Below, in pieces: positions 52,603 to 64,000 of a DNA stretch of 64,000 bases (the first letter of the stretch is position 1; each line of letters begins with the position of its first letter). The notes beneath the pieces were generated by a model that worked only from the letters and a program-made list of their open reading frames with translations, had not been told where the DNA came from and did no database searches. The stretch is taken from NCBI GenBank assembly GCA_965240325.2, contig OZ251230.1, forward strand, positions 1,364,001 through 1,428,000. Direction: 5' to 3'. The translations under genes were made by a program, and so were the position numbers. This DNA is from Rebecca billardiae RCC1528. Lineage: Eukaryota; Protista; Haptophyta.

Positions 52603-53412
52603 TCAAACGAAGAAGAGGCCGAGCACCGCGCCCATGGTGAGCGTGCCCGCAGCCAGTCTGAGCACGTCCCAGCGGCGCTGCCGCAGGATGATCTCCTCGA
52701 TCACACGGTCGGTGGAGGAGTGCATGTGCTCGAAGCAGTGGCCCGCGTGCTCGTCGTACGAGTCGATGAGCACCATCTGCCCGCCGTGCGGCAGCGAGCA
52801 CCACGTGCTCTTCGTGAGGGGGCGCTTGCTCGTGCCGCCCTGCCCTCCGGTAAGCAGCACGACAGCCAGCTTGTCTGAGAACTCTTCGCAGAAGTTGCGG
52901 AGGTTGGTGGCGGCCTCCTCGTCGAGGTGCAGCGCTTTGCGTCCGTCCAGGTAGAGCGCATTGAACGACGAGAGGTACTCGCGCAGCTCCGCTTCGCTGA
53001 TCACGCCGTCCGCGTCGGCATCGAGCGCTGCAAACGCCATCGCCGCCCGAGCGTCGCCGCCCTCCAGAAGCGCCAGCACGCCCTCGTCGAAGGCCTCAGG
53101 GCTGACCGTGTCGGCGCCCTTGGCCATAACGCTGAACCAACGGTCCGTCACGTACACCGCCCGCCGGCACGCCGCCTCCGCCATGCCTTGCCGCGCCTCA
53201 TCCAGCTCTGCGCCGGAGCCGGCGCGCGCCGCGCTCAGCACCTTGACGCACACGACGCCAAAGGCCTCGCCAAAGGCGGCGCGGTCCATCGGCTCGGTGG
53301 GCCGAGGGTAGTTGCTCAAGGCCGCCGGGAGCGCCGTCGGCGTGCTCAGGCATCGCCCCCACAACGTGCCAACCCGTCCTGCCGAACCTCGGAGAAGACG
53401 CGCGCACAGCAT
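52603..53412 (-). CDS. EF-hand protein with mitochondrial-type presequence and C-terminal hydrophobic anchor
   Basis: MLCARLLRGSAGRVGTLWGRCLST; FAALDADADGVISEAEL (canonical EF loop); terminal LAAGTLTMGAVLGLFFV. Confidence 0.75.
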   Translation of the reverse strand: MLCARLLRGSAGRVGTLWGRCLSTPTALPAALSNYPRPTEPMDRAAFGEAFGVVCVKVLSAARAGSGAELDEARQGMAEAACRRAVYVTDRWFSVMAKGADTVSPEAFDEGVLALLEGGDARAAMAFAALDADADGVISEAELREYLSSFNALYLDGRKALHLDEEAATNLRNFCEEFSDKLAVVLLTGGQGGTSKRPLTKSTWCSLPHGGQMVLIDSYDEHAGHCFEHMHSSTDRVIEEIILRQRRWDVLRLAAGTLTMGAVLGLFFV

Positions 53413-53547
53413 GGCTGCAACACCTTGATGGTCGTGGACCGATGCAAGTTGCACCGGTCGCTCGGGGAAGTCCGGTGGCGCGCTACTTCAATTTGAGATT
53501 GCACCCGCCGTTCCCAGGTGCACCCCCCGGGCTGTCAGGGTGCCACC

Positions 53548-56500
53548 ATGCGCGCGACGCAGTCGGCGGCCGTGCTGCCTGCGCACCGCTCGTTGCAGCT
53601 GGGCGTCCCGGCACGCCCGGCGGCGGACGAGCAGTACCGACAGCGCCGCTCCACGGAGGCGCTACTGCTCAGCATGGCGCGCGGCGACGCGGCGCGGTCG
53701 GCCGCCATGTCGGCGGCGAGTCAAGACGCTCGCAGCTTCCTGCGCGACATCTCGGCCAAGCGACGGCTGCGCGATCTCGAGGCGGAGGAAGCGCGGGCTC
53801 GCGAGCGAAACGCGCGTCTCCTTCACGATCTCGCCGCGCACAAGGCCTCCGAGTCCACCCTCGCCGCCCCAGTGCTCTCGGCCGGCACACCGGCGGACGA
53901 GCTCTCGCGCGCGCGAGTGCAGTTCCGCGCGCGCACGTCGGCTCTCAAGGGCGAGTGGCGCGACGAGGTGGAGCGCGTGCTGGAGTCTGATCGGGATGAT
54001 GCGCTGGCCGATGTGCAGCGCATCGCGCACGAGCGTGAGGCGCTCGAGCGCGAGGCCGAGCGCGAGGCACGCCTGCAGGCGCGAGCCGCTGAAGCGTCCG
54101 AGGCGCGCTCTCGCGCGCGCATCCTCGCCCGGCGGCCGCTGCCGCGGCCCGCATCGGCGGTATTCTTGTCGCAGGTGGCGAACAACCGCGTGCGTGATCG
54201 CTCGGACGACCCGCCCTTCTCGGCCACCCCGCCCTCGAGCGCGATCGCGCCGCCGCCAGTCGCGCCAGATGGCGATGGCGCGCTCGACGACGGACCGGCC
54301 GCGGGCGGCGAACCGCGGGCGGCGGCGCTCCACCGGCTCCACCGGGCGGCGGACTCCGCGCCCGTGCTGCGTGGCGCTAGGCCGACGCCGGCTGAGGGCT
54401 CTTCCGCCGGAGAGGACGGCGCCGGCAAGCGCGCGGCGCCGGCGCGAGGCGCGGCCGGCGGTCGGCCGGCCGCCGCCTCCATCTCCGCCTCTGCTGGCGC
54501 CATCTCGTGCGCCCTCGACCCGTCGACGTCGTACTGCGCGGTGTTCGCCGGGCCGACAGCGGCCGCCCTGCAGGGCGTGCCCACGTCCGAGTCCGGCCTG
54601 GCCCACGAGCACCGCGAGTCCGGAGCTTCGCTCAGCGCGTACACTGAGTACGGGTACGGTGGCAGACACGGCCGGCGGCAGAGTGGCTACGACGGCGGTT
54701 ACGCCGACCGTTACGCCGAGCGGTACAGCGCGCTCGCCGAGGGCCCGTGGTCGGTGGAGGAGTACAGAGAGCTCATTCGGGAGCCGGAGGCCGTGCCCGC
54801 GGGGCGCGCGCCCACGCCGCCCGCGCCGTGGGGCCTGCCCCCGCCGCCGCCGGGCATGGCGATTGCCTATGTCCCGATCGGCAGCGTGGGCGTGGGCGCG
54901 GGCGCGGGCGTGGGCGTGGGGCCGCTGCCGCCGCCGGCCGCCGCGGCGCCACCGGGGAGCGAGCCGCCGCCCGCGGGGCCGCCGATTGGGGCGGCCATGC
55001 CGCAGCCGCCGTACGGCTGGAGCTACCCGCCGCCGCCGCTCCCCTCCTACGGCGGTTACGGCGGCTACCACCCAGCCATGTTCGGGGCCGTGCCTCCGCC
55101 GTACTACCACTTGCCTCCGTTTGCTCAGCAGCCGCCGCCGCCGCACCAGCAGCCGCAGCCGCCGTACGCGCAGCCGTACCCGCCGCAGCCGTACCCGCAG
55201 CCGTACGCGTCGCAGCCGTACCCGCAGCCGTACCCGCAGCCGTACCCGCAGCCGTACCCGCAGCCGTACCCGCAGCCGTACCCGCAGCCGTACCCCCCGC
55301 AGCCAGATGCGGCGGCTGCCGCGGCGGCGGCGCCGCCGCAGCCAGCGCACGGCGCGGGTGCGGCGCACGCGCACGCGAGCGCGGCAGCGGGCGCGCAGGG
55401 CTCGCCTGCGCGGCCGCCCACACTCCCACCCACACAGCCGCCAACGCCCGCCCTCGCGCCGCACGCGCACCAGCTCGACGCCTCCCGCCACGCGCCATCC
55501 GTGCCAGAGGCGGCCGCGGCGCGAGAGGCGCACGCGCACACACCGCCTGGGGCGCGCCCGGCGGTGGAGGCGGTGTCGCCGGAGATGGCGCAGCCGTGGA
55601 TGCAGCCGAAGCAGCCCGAGCAGGCGGTGCCGCTGCACGCCGCTCCGAGCGCGCGCCCGCAGCTCGAGCCGCCCGCGCCCCACGCGACGGGATACGCATA
55701 CAGCCAACCGCCGCCACCAGTCTCCGACAGGGCCACGGCGCCCCCCGCCGGCCGCGCGGACGGCGGGCGCCGCCGCGCGGACGGCGGGCGCCCGGAGGCG
55801 GCGCGCTCGCCCACGCAGCCGCTGGCGCCGCCGGGCGCGCACACGCACGCGGGCGTGGGCTCGCCGCACGCTTCTGGCGAGCTCGGCGCCGCGGCCTCGC
55901 CGCTGCGCGAGCAGGCCGCGCTGGATCGCGCACACAGCGCGGGCGCGCCACGGGGCGGCGCGGGGGAAGCACAGGTGCGCGCGGAGGCGGAGGGCGAGCG
56001 CCCGCCGCCGAGCGCGGCTGCGGGCGCACCGCCCGCGGCGCCGACGGCTCCGTCGAGCGCCGAGGGCGGCGGCTCGACGCCGCCGGGCGCCGAGCGCAAG
56101 CCAGCCGCGGGCTCGGCGCCCTCGTTCAGCTCGCGCATCGCGGCTGTGAAGGCGCCGCGCCGCGCGGGCGGCACACTTGGCACCGGACTCTCTGGCACCG
56201 GACTCTCGGGCGCAATTCCATTCGGCGAGTCGGAGGGCGCGGCGGAGGCGGGGCTCGCGCAGCCCAGCACGCCGCAGCGCTCGCCCTCCGACCGCGGCGG
56301 CAGCGTCCTCGGCGGCGGCGCCGCCGCCTCCGCCGCCCCGTCGCTCTCGCACTCGGCGACACCGCCGGCGCCAGCCGGCGGCGCCGCCACAGGGGCGGGC
56401 GCACACGCCGATGAATATGAGGACGACTTCGATGAAGAATCGATTTCGATCGCCGAGGGCTCGGCGGATGCGGCGGTGGTGGCGGCCGCGCTGGGCAGCG

Positions 56501-57508
56501 TCGGCGCGAAGCCGACCACGGCCAACGCGGGCGGGACGTCCGCCGCCGTGTCGCGCGTCGTCAGCTCCGGGCCGCCGAGCGGACGGCGCGCCAGCTGCGT
56601 GCCCGCTCAGCCGCCAGAGGAGCTAGCGCCGACCGCTGTGTCGGCCGCCGGTTCGGCGGCGGGATCGGCGGCGGGATCGGGTGTGGGATCGGCCGCGGAG
56701 CCGCCGCGGCCGAGCAGTGCGGGGGCGGGCTCGGTGGCCGGTGTTGCGCAGCAGCCCGCGCCCACCTTCGCCGCGCGCCCCGCGCCCACCGGCCGCCGCG
56801 CCGCGACCCGCCTTCTGCCGGGGCCGGCAGATGCGGAGGAGGGCGGCGGCGAGGGCTTGGATGGCGGCGGTGCGGCGGGAGCCGCGCCGCTGAGCACGGC
56901 CCGAGCGGCGCCGACGGGGTCCACAGCGCCCTCGGCGGTCCGTGCCGCGTCTGCCGCCCTGGACGACTCGATCTCATCGCTGGAGGAGAGCTCGACGGCT
57001 GAGGCAACCGCCGCGGCGGAGCGTGAGCGCACGGCGGCGGCCGAGCGCGCGGCCGCTGCTGAGCGCGAGCGGGCGGCCGCGGCCGAGCGCGCCGCCGCGG
57101 CCGAGCGCGCCGTGGCTGTGGAGCGCGCCGCCGCCGCCGAGCGCGCCGCCGCCGCCGAGCGCGCCGCCGCCGAGGAGCGCGCCGCCGCCGAGGCGCTCGC
57201 CGCCGAAGCCGAGCAGGCTGCCGAGGACGAGCGTGTCGCCCGTGAGCACGCGGCGGCCGCGCGGCGTCGGGAGGCGGAGGAGGAGAGACGACGCGCGGAG
57301 GCGGCGCGCGCCGAGCGCGCGCGCGCGGAGCAGGAGGCGCAGGAGGCGAGGCAGGCGCAGCAGCGGCAGCCTGCGCGGGCGTCGGCCGCGACGCGCAACT
57401 ACGCCCTCGACGAGTCGTACGACGACGACGACTTCGCCGACGGCGCGGGCGGCGGTGGGTACGGCGCGGGCGGCAGCAGCAACCCGGCAGCCGCTGCGGC
57501 GGCGGCGC

Positions 57509-57566
<58 letters not shown>

Positions 57567-59070
57567 GCAGCAGCAGCAAGAGGAAGAGGAGGAGGAGGAG
57601 GAGGAGCCGGTGGACCCGGCTTTGCTCGTCGGGCTGTGCAAGGCGCTCGTCGAGACGCACCTCACCGACCTCGACGAGCGGCGCGGCGCCGCGGCCGCGG
57701 CCGTGCACCGCTCCGGCGCTGCGTGTGAGGACGAGGAGTGGGAGGACTTGGTGCAGCGCGTGGCGGCCAAGGCGGGGGCGGGGCGGATCGAGGCGGGCGC
57801 GTGCACGCGCGCGCTGCGCACCGCGCTCGAGATGTACCCGACGCCGATCGTCCCGGCCGACTTCGTGCAGAGCCTCGTGCAGCGCGCCGCGGGCGGCGAG
57901 TCGCCGCCGACAATGAGCACGCTCAAGCGATTTACTGACGCGCAGGCGTATAAGTTGTACCAGCTGCTTGTGGTGCACGCGGCCGAGCTGGCGGCGAGCG
58001 GGGCGCTGAGCTCGGTGGAGGCGGTGGAGGTGCTGCTGCCGCTCGTCGTGCCGGCGGGCACGGAGCAGGGCGGGCGGCGCGAGGTGGTGCGCTTCATGCT
58101 CGCCGCCATCGCGCCCGAGACGTTGAGCGCGCCGCCGCCGCCGCCGCCGGCCGGCGGCGCGGGCCGCGCGGGCGCGCGCGATCGGCCAGCGTCCGCGGCA
58201 GCCGGGACCGCTGCTGCGGGCGGCGGCGCGCCGAGTGCCGGCGGCGGCGTGTCCGGCCGCCCGGCCTCCGCCGCCGGCGCGCAGCCGTCCCGCGCGGGGA
58301 GCAGCTCGGGGCTCCCCAGCGCGGGCGCCGCCTCGCCCTCGCCGACCTCTGAGACTTCAGCGGCCAGCGGCGGGCGGCGCCGCTGGCCGTGGCAGCGCGG
58401 CGCCAAGAGCCCGAAGGGCGGCAAGGGCGGCAGCGCGGCCGCGGCGCAGGGCGCGGGCGGCGCGGCGCAGCAGCCGGCGGCGGCGGCCCAGCGGCAGCAG
58501 CAGCAGCCGCCGCCCCCTCCGCCGCCGCCCGCCGCCGCGCCGCCGCCCAGCTCATACTCCTCGCCCGCACCCGCCTCGCACGCGGGGCGCGTGCCGGCGC
58601 CGGGCTCGGCTGCGTCGGCCAAATCGAACGACTCCTTCGACGCCGTGGACAACTTCTGGTCCGCGCGCACGGGCGGCGAGGCGGGGGGGCGGACGACGAC
58701 GGGCGCGGCGGCGCGGCCGGCGGAGCCGCGCGCGGCGCCCGCGCAGCCGCCAGCCGCCGGCTCGAGCGGAGCGGCGGGTCGCGGCTCGACGGCGCGGCCG
58801 CCCGCTCTCTCGTCCAGTGCGCTCGGCGGCCCAGGCTATCAGCTCGGCGGCGGCGCGCGCGGGGCGCAGAGTCTGCAGCTGGCGGAGGCGGACGAGTTCG
58901 ACGAGATTGAGGACGAGTTTGATGTCCTCTCGCCCACCCCGCGCGCCGCGCCGAGCGGGCTGTCCGCCACCGCGCCGCAGCCCGCGGGCGCAAGGCCTCC
59001 GAGCAAGCCGCCGAGCGGGCCTGCCGGCAGGACCCTCGCCGGCTTCGGCTCGGCTGACCTCTTCCTGTAG
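53548..59070 (+). CDS. Large low-complexity/coiled-coil protein (PYPQ, AAAER, polyQ/E repeats); possible GC-AG intron 54103-54174
   Basis: 5.5-kb ORF with gccaccATG context; N-terminal coiled coil; (PYPQ)n at ~55170-55295; globular-looking segment at ~57610-58120; acidic C-terminus. Confidence 0.75.
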
Positions 59071-59446
59071 GCGGCGCTGATATCTATCGATCGAGCGCTC
59101 ATGATGTCGAGCTGCTGCTGGCCGGCTGGCGCTGGCGGCTGGATGCAGCGCCTGCCTGCCACTTGGCCGACTTGGGGCCCTGCCGGCCGGGTGGTGCGGA
59201 TTTGAGATTGGTCCGAGAGACCGGGCACGCCCACCTTCGGAATAACGGAATTCGCTCGGGAATTCGAGAGCTCGTCGAGTCGTTGTGCCGATCTCCAGAT
59301 CGAAAGACTGTTCATGACTGAAGACGGTCGAAGCGGCACGCCCAAACCCTGAGATGGCCGTAAATCCGTATTCATCAGTACGAACTCGTGCTGACTTGTG
59401 CGGGTAGCGTGCCTCACGCTGATCGGTGTGCCGTCTGCGAAGCTTC

Positions 59447-60250
59447 ATGGCGACCAACGCCCCCGCCGCCGCGCCGGTGGGTGACGAGCCTGATGTACCC
59501 GAAGGAGCCAAATGCTTCGTGTGCCTCGACGAGGCGCACGAAACGAACGAACCTTTGATCGCCCATGTCTGCATGTGCCGCCAGATGCACGTGCACCACC
59601 GCTGCCTCGAACAATACCTGAATGCGCCGGCTCGGATGGCACTGCCCATGGAAGAGCGGCTGGCGTGTTCGATCTGCTTGCAGCGGTATCGCGTCACGTC
59701 AAAACGTAAGGTGGCCAAAGCTGACGCAGCGCCCGCCTTCTTGTGGTCGCGCGTGAACAAGACTAACCTCATGCTTGGGATGCTCATCATGGTCGGACCC
59801 GCCATCCTGATCGCGGTGATCAGCTCTGCAGAGACCACGCTCTGGGCGTCGTTCTTCCTGGTGGTCGGCGCCATCCTGATTGCCTCGCTCGGTGGCTTCA
59901 CCGCGTGCTGGGCCCTCTGCGTGCCGCAGTTCACGTCAGAGGAGGACGAACGCAGGACTGCTCACGCGCATGGACTGATCAGCATCCAGGTGGTCGATCA
60001 GGCGCCGCCGCAGCTAAGTGAGGCCGCGGAGGGCTCGAGCGCCGATGTACCCAGCGGATCGCCGGGAGGGCGTTTCGCTGCTGACGCGGTGCTCGCCGTG
60101 GACGACGAGACGCCAACACCCACGGCCGCCAGCTCCCCCTCGGCTGTGCAAGTCTCCGTTGTGGCGGCTGCAGCGCGCAGCAGCGCGCAGCGCGAGGCAG
60201 GCGAACAAGCACCCCCGGCCGTGCCAGACGGCACAGTCATACCAGTCTGA
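59447..60250 (+). CDS. RING-CH (MARCH-like) membrane E3 ubiquitin ligase
   Basis: CFVC...CMC...VHHRCL...CSIC (C4HC3) followed by two TM helices. Confidence 0.87.
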   Translation: MATNAPAAAPVGDEPDVPEGAKCFVCLDEAHETNEPLIAHVCMCRQMHVHHRCLEQYLNAPARMALPMEERLACSICLQRYRVTSKRKVAKADAAPAFLWSRVNKTNLMLGMLIMVGPAILIAVISSAETTLWASFFLVVGAILIASLGGFTACWALCVPQFTSEEDERRTAHAHGLISIQVVDQAPPQLSEAAEGSSADVPSGSPGGRFAADAVLAVDDETPTPTAASSPSAVQVSVVAAAARSSAQREAGEQAPPAVPDGTVIPV

Positions 60251-60548
60251 TGCCGTGTGCTCAGCGCACTCGTGTCCAAGGTCTGGTCCGTGTGGCACCG
60301 CTGTGGCTAGGCCCTACCACTCGGAACCAGCGATTGGGCACCGTGGCCCCGATGCCCGCTGACGGCGTGGCGCCGCACATTATCACTCAGTCTCAGAATC
60401 AGGTGTTGCAGCGACTTTGATGATCAAACTACTCCGACTCCGCCGACGAACTCACCTGACAGCTCACGTCTGCTCACGACGCTGTCGTCGCTTCCGCGTA
60501 GTATCGTCTATAGTCGAGTATGGCAGCATCATATATTATATATATATT

Positions 60549-60905
60549 ATGGCCCGCGGTGCAGGGCGGAGCGCGCAGCGTGGAGCCCGCTCCGTGGGCC
60601 CTAACCACGTTTCAAAAAGATCTTTGATCAAGAAAAAAGGGACGGGGGACGATTTTCATGGCTGGAGGAGACCGAGTTTCGAATTTTGAGACCCTCTCTA
60701 ACACGCATCACGGCCGAAAAAGGTCGCGCCCACAACAAGTTCATAGTAAAGCGTGGAGTGACGCCCGTCCAAAAAACTTCACGCCCTTTAGGATCCCTAA
60801 CGTAACGAACCGTTACGAGCGATTTTTCCGGCCAATGAGATTGCAGCAAGGTCCAAGGAGCGATGACGTATCTAGATAGAGATTGCCGCGAACCGATGTG
60901 GCCAT
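60549..60905. mobile_element. Second, diverged member of the GGCCCGCGGTG MITE family; right boundary uncertain
   Basis: 60549-60695 matches the reverse complement of ~16370-16514; a degenerate ccgcg...ggccat ends at 60905, giving a similar total length. Confidence 0.55.
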
Positions 60906-61122
60906 GTACGTCCCTTGAATCAGTTGAATCAACTATTCAATCGCGCCGTGTCTGTATCAGGAGCCAACATGGCAAGGGTCAGTAGCCGATGCGCCAAATC
61001 TCAATACTATCTGACACGAGTCTGGAGCCGGACGGCTGCCCAGCAAAGCCAAACCTTGCGGTTGCTGCGCACTCTCCGCGAGAGGGTCGCGAGCCGCACG
61101 AGCGACCGACGGGTGAGTACGG

Positions 61123-61263
61123 CGATGGGCAGGTGCGCGCGGCGAGTTGCGCCTGGAGCGCGCGGCTGTGGCGGGTCCCGACTGCCGTCGACATCGCGTT
61201 CGTGCCCCCGCTCACTCCACGCGCCCCCGCCGCCCCGTGTCGATGCCTGCGCGCGGCCGCGCG
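61123..61263 (+). repeat. Dispersed repeat homologous to 15672-15828
   Basis: See partner feature. Confidence 0.8.
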
Positions 61264-61273
61264 CGTCGCCCCC

Positions 61274-61443
<170 letters not shown>

Positions 61444-62031
61444 CATGTGTGTGCTGTGTGATTTGATAGTTGCTATGACGGCGTCGTTGGCTCCCGCGGG
61501 CGCTTAAGCCGCGCACTGTCTGCGTGAGTAGTCGGCTTTAATCAGTGGTGCCCACGTAACATAAACAGTACGTGTCAGACCGGTCATAGTAATACCATGT
61601 ACCGTCGCAGTCACGCTTGACACTCACTACTAATCAGGACGTCGCTGCCTGCATCGGACCGCCGTTCAGACAGCGCATGAGTAGTCGTGTTCTACACGAC
61701 CGCTACGCGCTGTCTTCGTCGTCCCGACGAGTTCACGACGTTCCGCGGGCCCGAGATCGGCGGAGATGACGAGGCCCGGAGTGTAGTGCCCCGCCGGGCC
61801 CTGCGCCTCGGGATTCACTCCCAAGGCTCGTCTACCAGTCATCGGCCGTGCCGGTAGTCAATCTATACATTCATGTAACAGTGACAATCTAATTTTCAAT
61901 CCGCGAGCGCTGCGCTGGGCCGGGCGGCTGCCGGTTGACGGACTCCCCGATCGAGCTGCAGCCTGGCCGCCAGGCACTGGTTGACAGTCGCCCAGGTCAA
62001 CGGCCTGGCAGCAGCGCGGCGCAGAGGCGGT

Positions 62032-62460
62032 CTAGTCGAGACGCTGGCTTGCCGGCTCTGCCGGTGACTCCCTCAAAGGGCTCCCGCGTAATACCGTAGT
62101 TGGCGTCGAACCATCAGAGAGCTGCGAGCTGATTGTAGAAGCGGTCAATGTATGGAGAATACCCACCACGAGCCGTGTTGCGTGCCTGAGGATGCTACCC
62201 GCGATCGCCGGCAGAGGTAGAATCAGGTATGGCGTGGCTTTCCTATCCGCGCGAATATCGTCGCTGAGATGCACGACATCCTCCTCCAGGCGCCGCGCGA
62301 TCAGCAGCGTCACAGTCCACACGCACACCGCAAACACGGTTGGACACAAAAAACCAACAAGAGCACCAAACGTGAGGACCACATTCGCTGGCAGCCAAAT
62401 TGACCGCACTTGCACGAACAGCAGCGTACGGGCAGCACGCGTCTCGACCTCGTGCGCCAT
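62032..62460 (-). CDS. Possible small hydrophobic protein
   Basis: 142-aa ATG ORF with hydrophobic segments, divergent from the next gene; its lower GC is atypical of the neighbouring genes, so it is uncertain. Confidence 0.3.
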   Translation of the reverse strand: MAHEVETRAARTLLFVQVRSIWLPANVVLTFGALVGFLCPTVFAVCVWTVTLLIARRLEEDVVHLSDDIRADRKATPYLILPLPAIAGSILRHATRLVVGILHTLTASTISSQLSDGSTPTTVLRGSPLRESPAEPASQRLD

Positions 62461-62652
62461 GGTCCTTGCCCCCGGGACGGTTGCTCAAGGATACGGATTA
62501 GATCGCCCGGTCCGCCATGGAATGATACAGTTTACTAAGAATAAGAGACGCACACAGCTCAGGCAGGCGAGATTGAACAGTATGGAGATACGTATGGAAG
62601 TCGCCTGGGCTGCAGCTGCAGCTGCTGGCCTGGCCGGCTTGGGCGGCTTGTA

Positions 62653-63945
62653 ATGGCTGGGCGATGGCGGCCTCGGCCTCGACCTTTGGGCTGGCGATGG
62701 TGTGTGAGCGCAGCGGCGGCGACCCTATCGGTCGCCTCGGCGCACGTGGTCGACATGCGCGTCGCGTGCCCCCACTATGAGCGCTGCGACGGCTGCTCGG
62801 TCGCGACTCACGTCCACGAGCCGCCTGTCCTCGAGCGTGCACGCCGCTTCTTCTCGACGGAGGCAAACGTCGAGCAATTGCCCAGCGTGATGGCGAGTGC
62901 GACGGGATGGCGGACTCACGCCAAGCTGGCCGTGCGGGGCACCTCCGCCGACCCGATGCTCGGCCTCTTCCGCCGCGGCACGCACGAGGTCGAGCCCATC
63001 CCGGAGTGTGCCGTGCACCACCGATCGATCAACGCGGCCGCCGCCGAGCTGCTCGCGCTGCTGCGCGAGACGCGCACCTCTATCTACGACGAGGGCAGCC
63101 AGTCCGGCCTACTGCGCTACGTGCAGCTCAATGTCGAGCGCTCGAGCTCGACCGTGCAGCTCGTGCTCGTCTGCAACGCCCCGCCCGAGCCGCCGGACCG
63201 CCGCCCGCCCGCGGCGATGACGAGCCTGCTCGCGGCGCTGCGCGAGCGCGCCGCGCACGACGGGAGCGTGTGGCACTCGGTGTGGGTGCACTACAACGAC
63301 GAGCGAAGGAACAACATCCTGAGCTACAAGCCCGCCCCGCCCGGCTCGACGCGGTGGCACTGCGTCCTTGGCGAACCTGCGGTGCGTGAGCGCGTGCTCC
63401 ACCGCGAATTTGAATATTCGCCGTGGGTCTTCAGGCAGGCAAACCTGGACGGATTCGAAAGAATCGTCGAGCGCGTGGCGGCGCGCGTCGGCGAGGATGC
63501 TCGCGTGTGCGAGCTGTACGCGGGGATCGGGCTCATCGGGCTCAACTGCCTCGAGCGCGCGCGCAGCGTGCGCTGCTCGGATGTCAATCCGCTGCTTGAT
63601 GAGCCGGTCGCGGCCGCACTTGCGGCGCTCCCCGCAGAGCTGCGCGCGCGCGCGACGTACACGCGACGCGACGCAGGCGAGAGCGCGGAGGAGTTCAAGG
63701 CGCGGCCTGACGAGCTCATCGTCGACCCGCCGCGCAAGGGCCTTGATCGCGCCGTGCTCGAGCTGCTCCATCGCACGCCGAGCGTGCGCGCGCTCCACTA
63801 CGTCTCATGCGGCTACCTCGCCCTCGAAAGGGACGCTCGTGAGCTGCTGAATGCCGGCTGGGTGGTGCGTGACGCAGAGGCGCACGTGCTCTTCCCGGGC
63901 GCGGATCACATCGAGACGCTTGTCTTCTTCGAGCGTCGCACCTAG
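62653..63945 (+). CDS. RNA (uracil-5)-methyltransferase, RlmD/TrmA family, with N-terminal targeting-like peptide
   Basis: CPHYERCDGC (Fe-S), FRQAN, ELYAGIGLIGL (SAM binding), IVDPPRKGL, YVSC (catalytic Cys), LFPGADHIETL. Confidence 0.92.
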   Translation: MAGRWRPRPRPLGWRWCVSAAAATLSVASAHVVDMRVACPHYERCDGCSVATHVHEPPVLERARRFFSTEANVEQLPSVMASATGWRTHAKLAVRGTSADPMLGLFRRGTHEVEPIPECAVHHRSINAAAAELLALLRETRTSIYDEGSQSGLLRYVQLNVERSSSTVQLVLVCNAPPEPPDRRPPAAMTSLLAALRERAAHDGSVWHSVWVHYNDERRNNILSYKPAPPGSTRWHCVLGEPAVRERVLHREFEYSPWVFRQANLDGFERIVERVAARVGEDARVCELYAGIGLIGLNCLERARSVRCSDVNPLLDEPVAAALAALPAELRARATYTRRDAGESAEEFKARPDELIVDPPRKGLDRAVLELLHRTPSVRALHYVSCGYLALERDARELLNAGWVVRDAEAHVLFPGADHIETLVFFERRT

Positions 63946-64000
63946 CCACTGTGGGGCCAGCACGACGATATCGTCAGCTGACACTAGGCGGCGGCCGTGC

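Overview
Very GC-rich, compact eukaryotic nuclear DNA with short GT(GCGY)...CAG introns. The style suggests a microalga, possibly a haptophyte; that is inference, not shown by the sequence. About 17 protein-coding genes, most in tight head-to-head pairs: a secreted GH9 glucanase (partial, missing from the ORF track), a spliced P4-ATPase/guanylyl cyclase fusion, two SRCR surface proteins, ChaC, a YtcJ-like amidohydrolase, an F-box-like hypothetical, a stand-alone A-T-ankyrin NRPS-like enzyme with a glycine-type pocket, an HXXEE protein, molybdenum cofactor sulfurase, a four-domain EEEE voltage-gated channel, NIP7, an AzgA purine permease, an EF-hand protein, a large low-complexity protein, a RING-CH ligase and an RlmD/TrmA-type methyltransferase. 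Mobile DNA is the most striking part. (i) Two related ~1.1-kb foldback elements have ~400-bp TIRs starting CAAGGG and exact 7-bp TSDs, and a 15-bp CAAGGG...CCCTTG footprint sits inside its own 7-bp TSD, pointing to a P/Galileo-like cut-and-paste family. (ii) A split-direct-repeat DIRS (Ngaro/PAT-type) retrotransposon, with a composite minisatellite where RNase H would be, is inserted in a bidirectional promoter. (iii) A small GGCCCGCGGTG-TIR MITE family is also present. All calls come from reading motifs by eye; no database searches were run.
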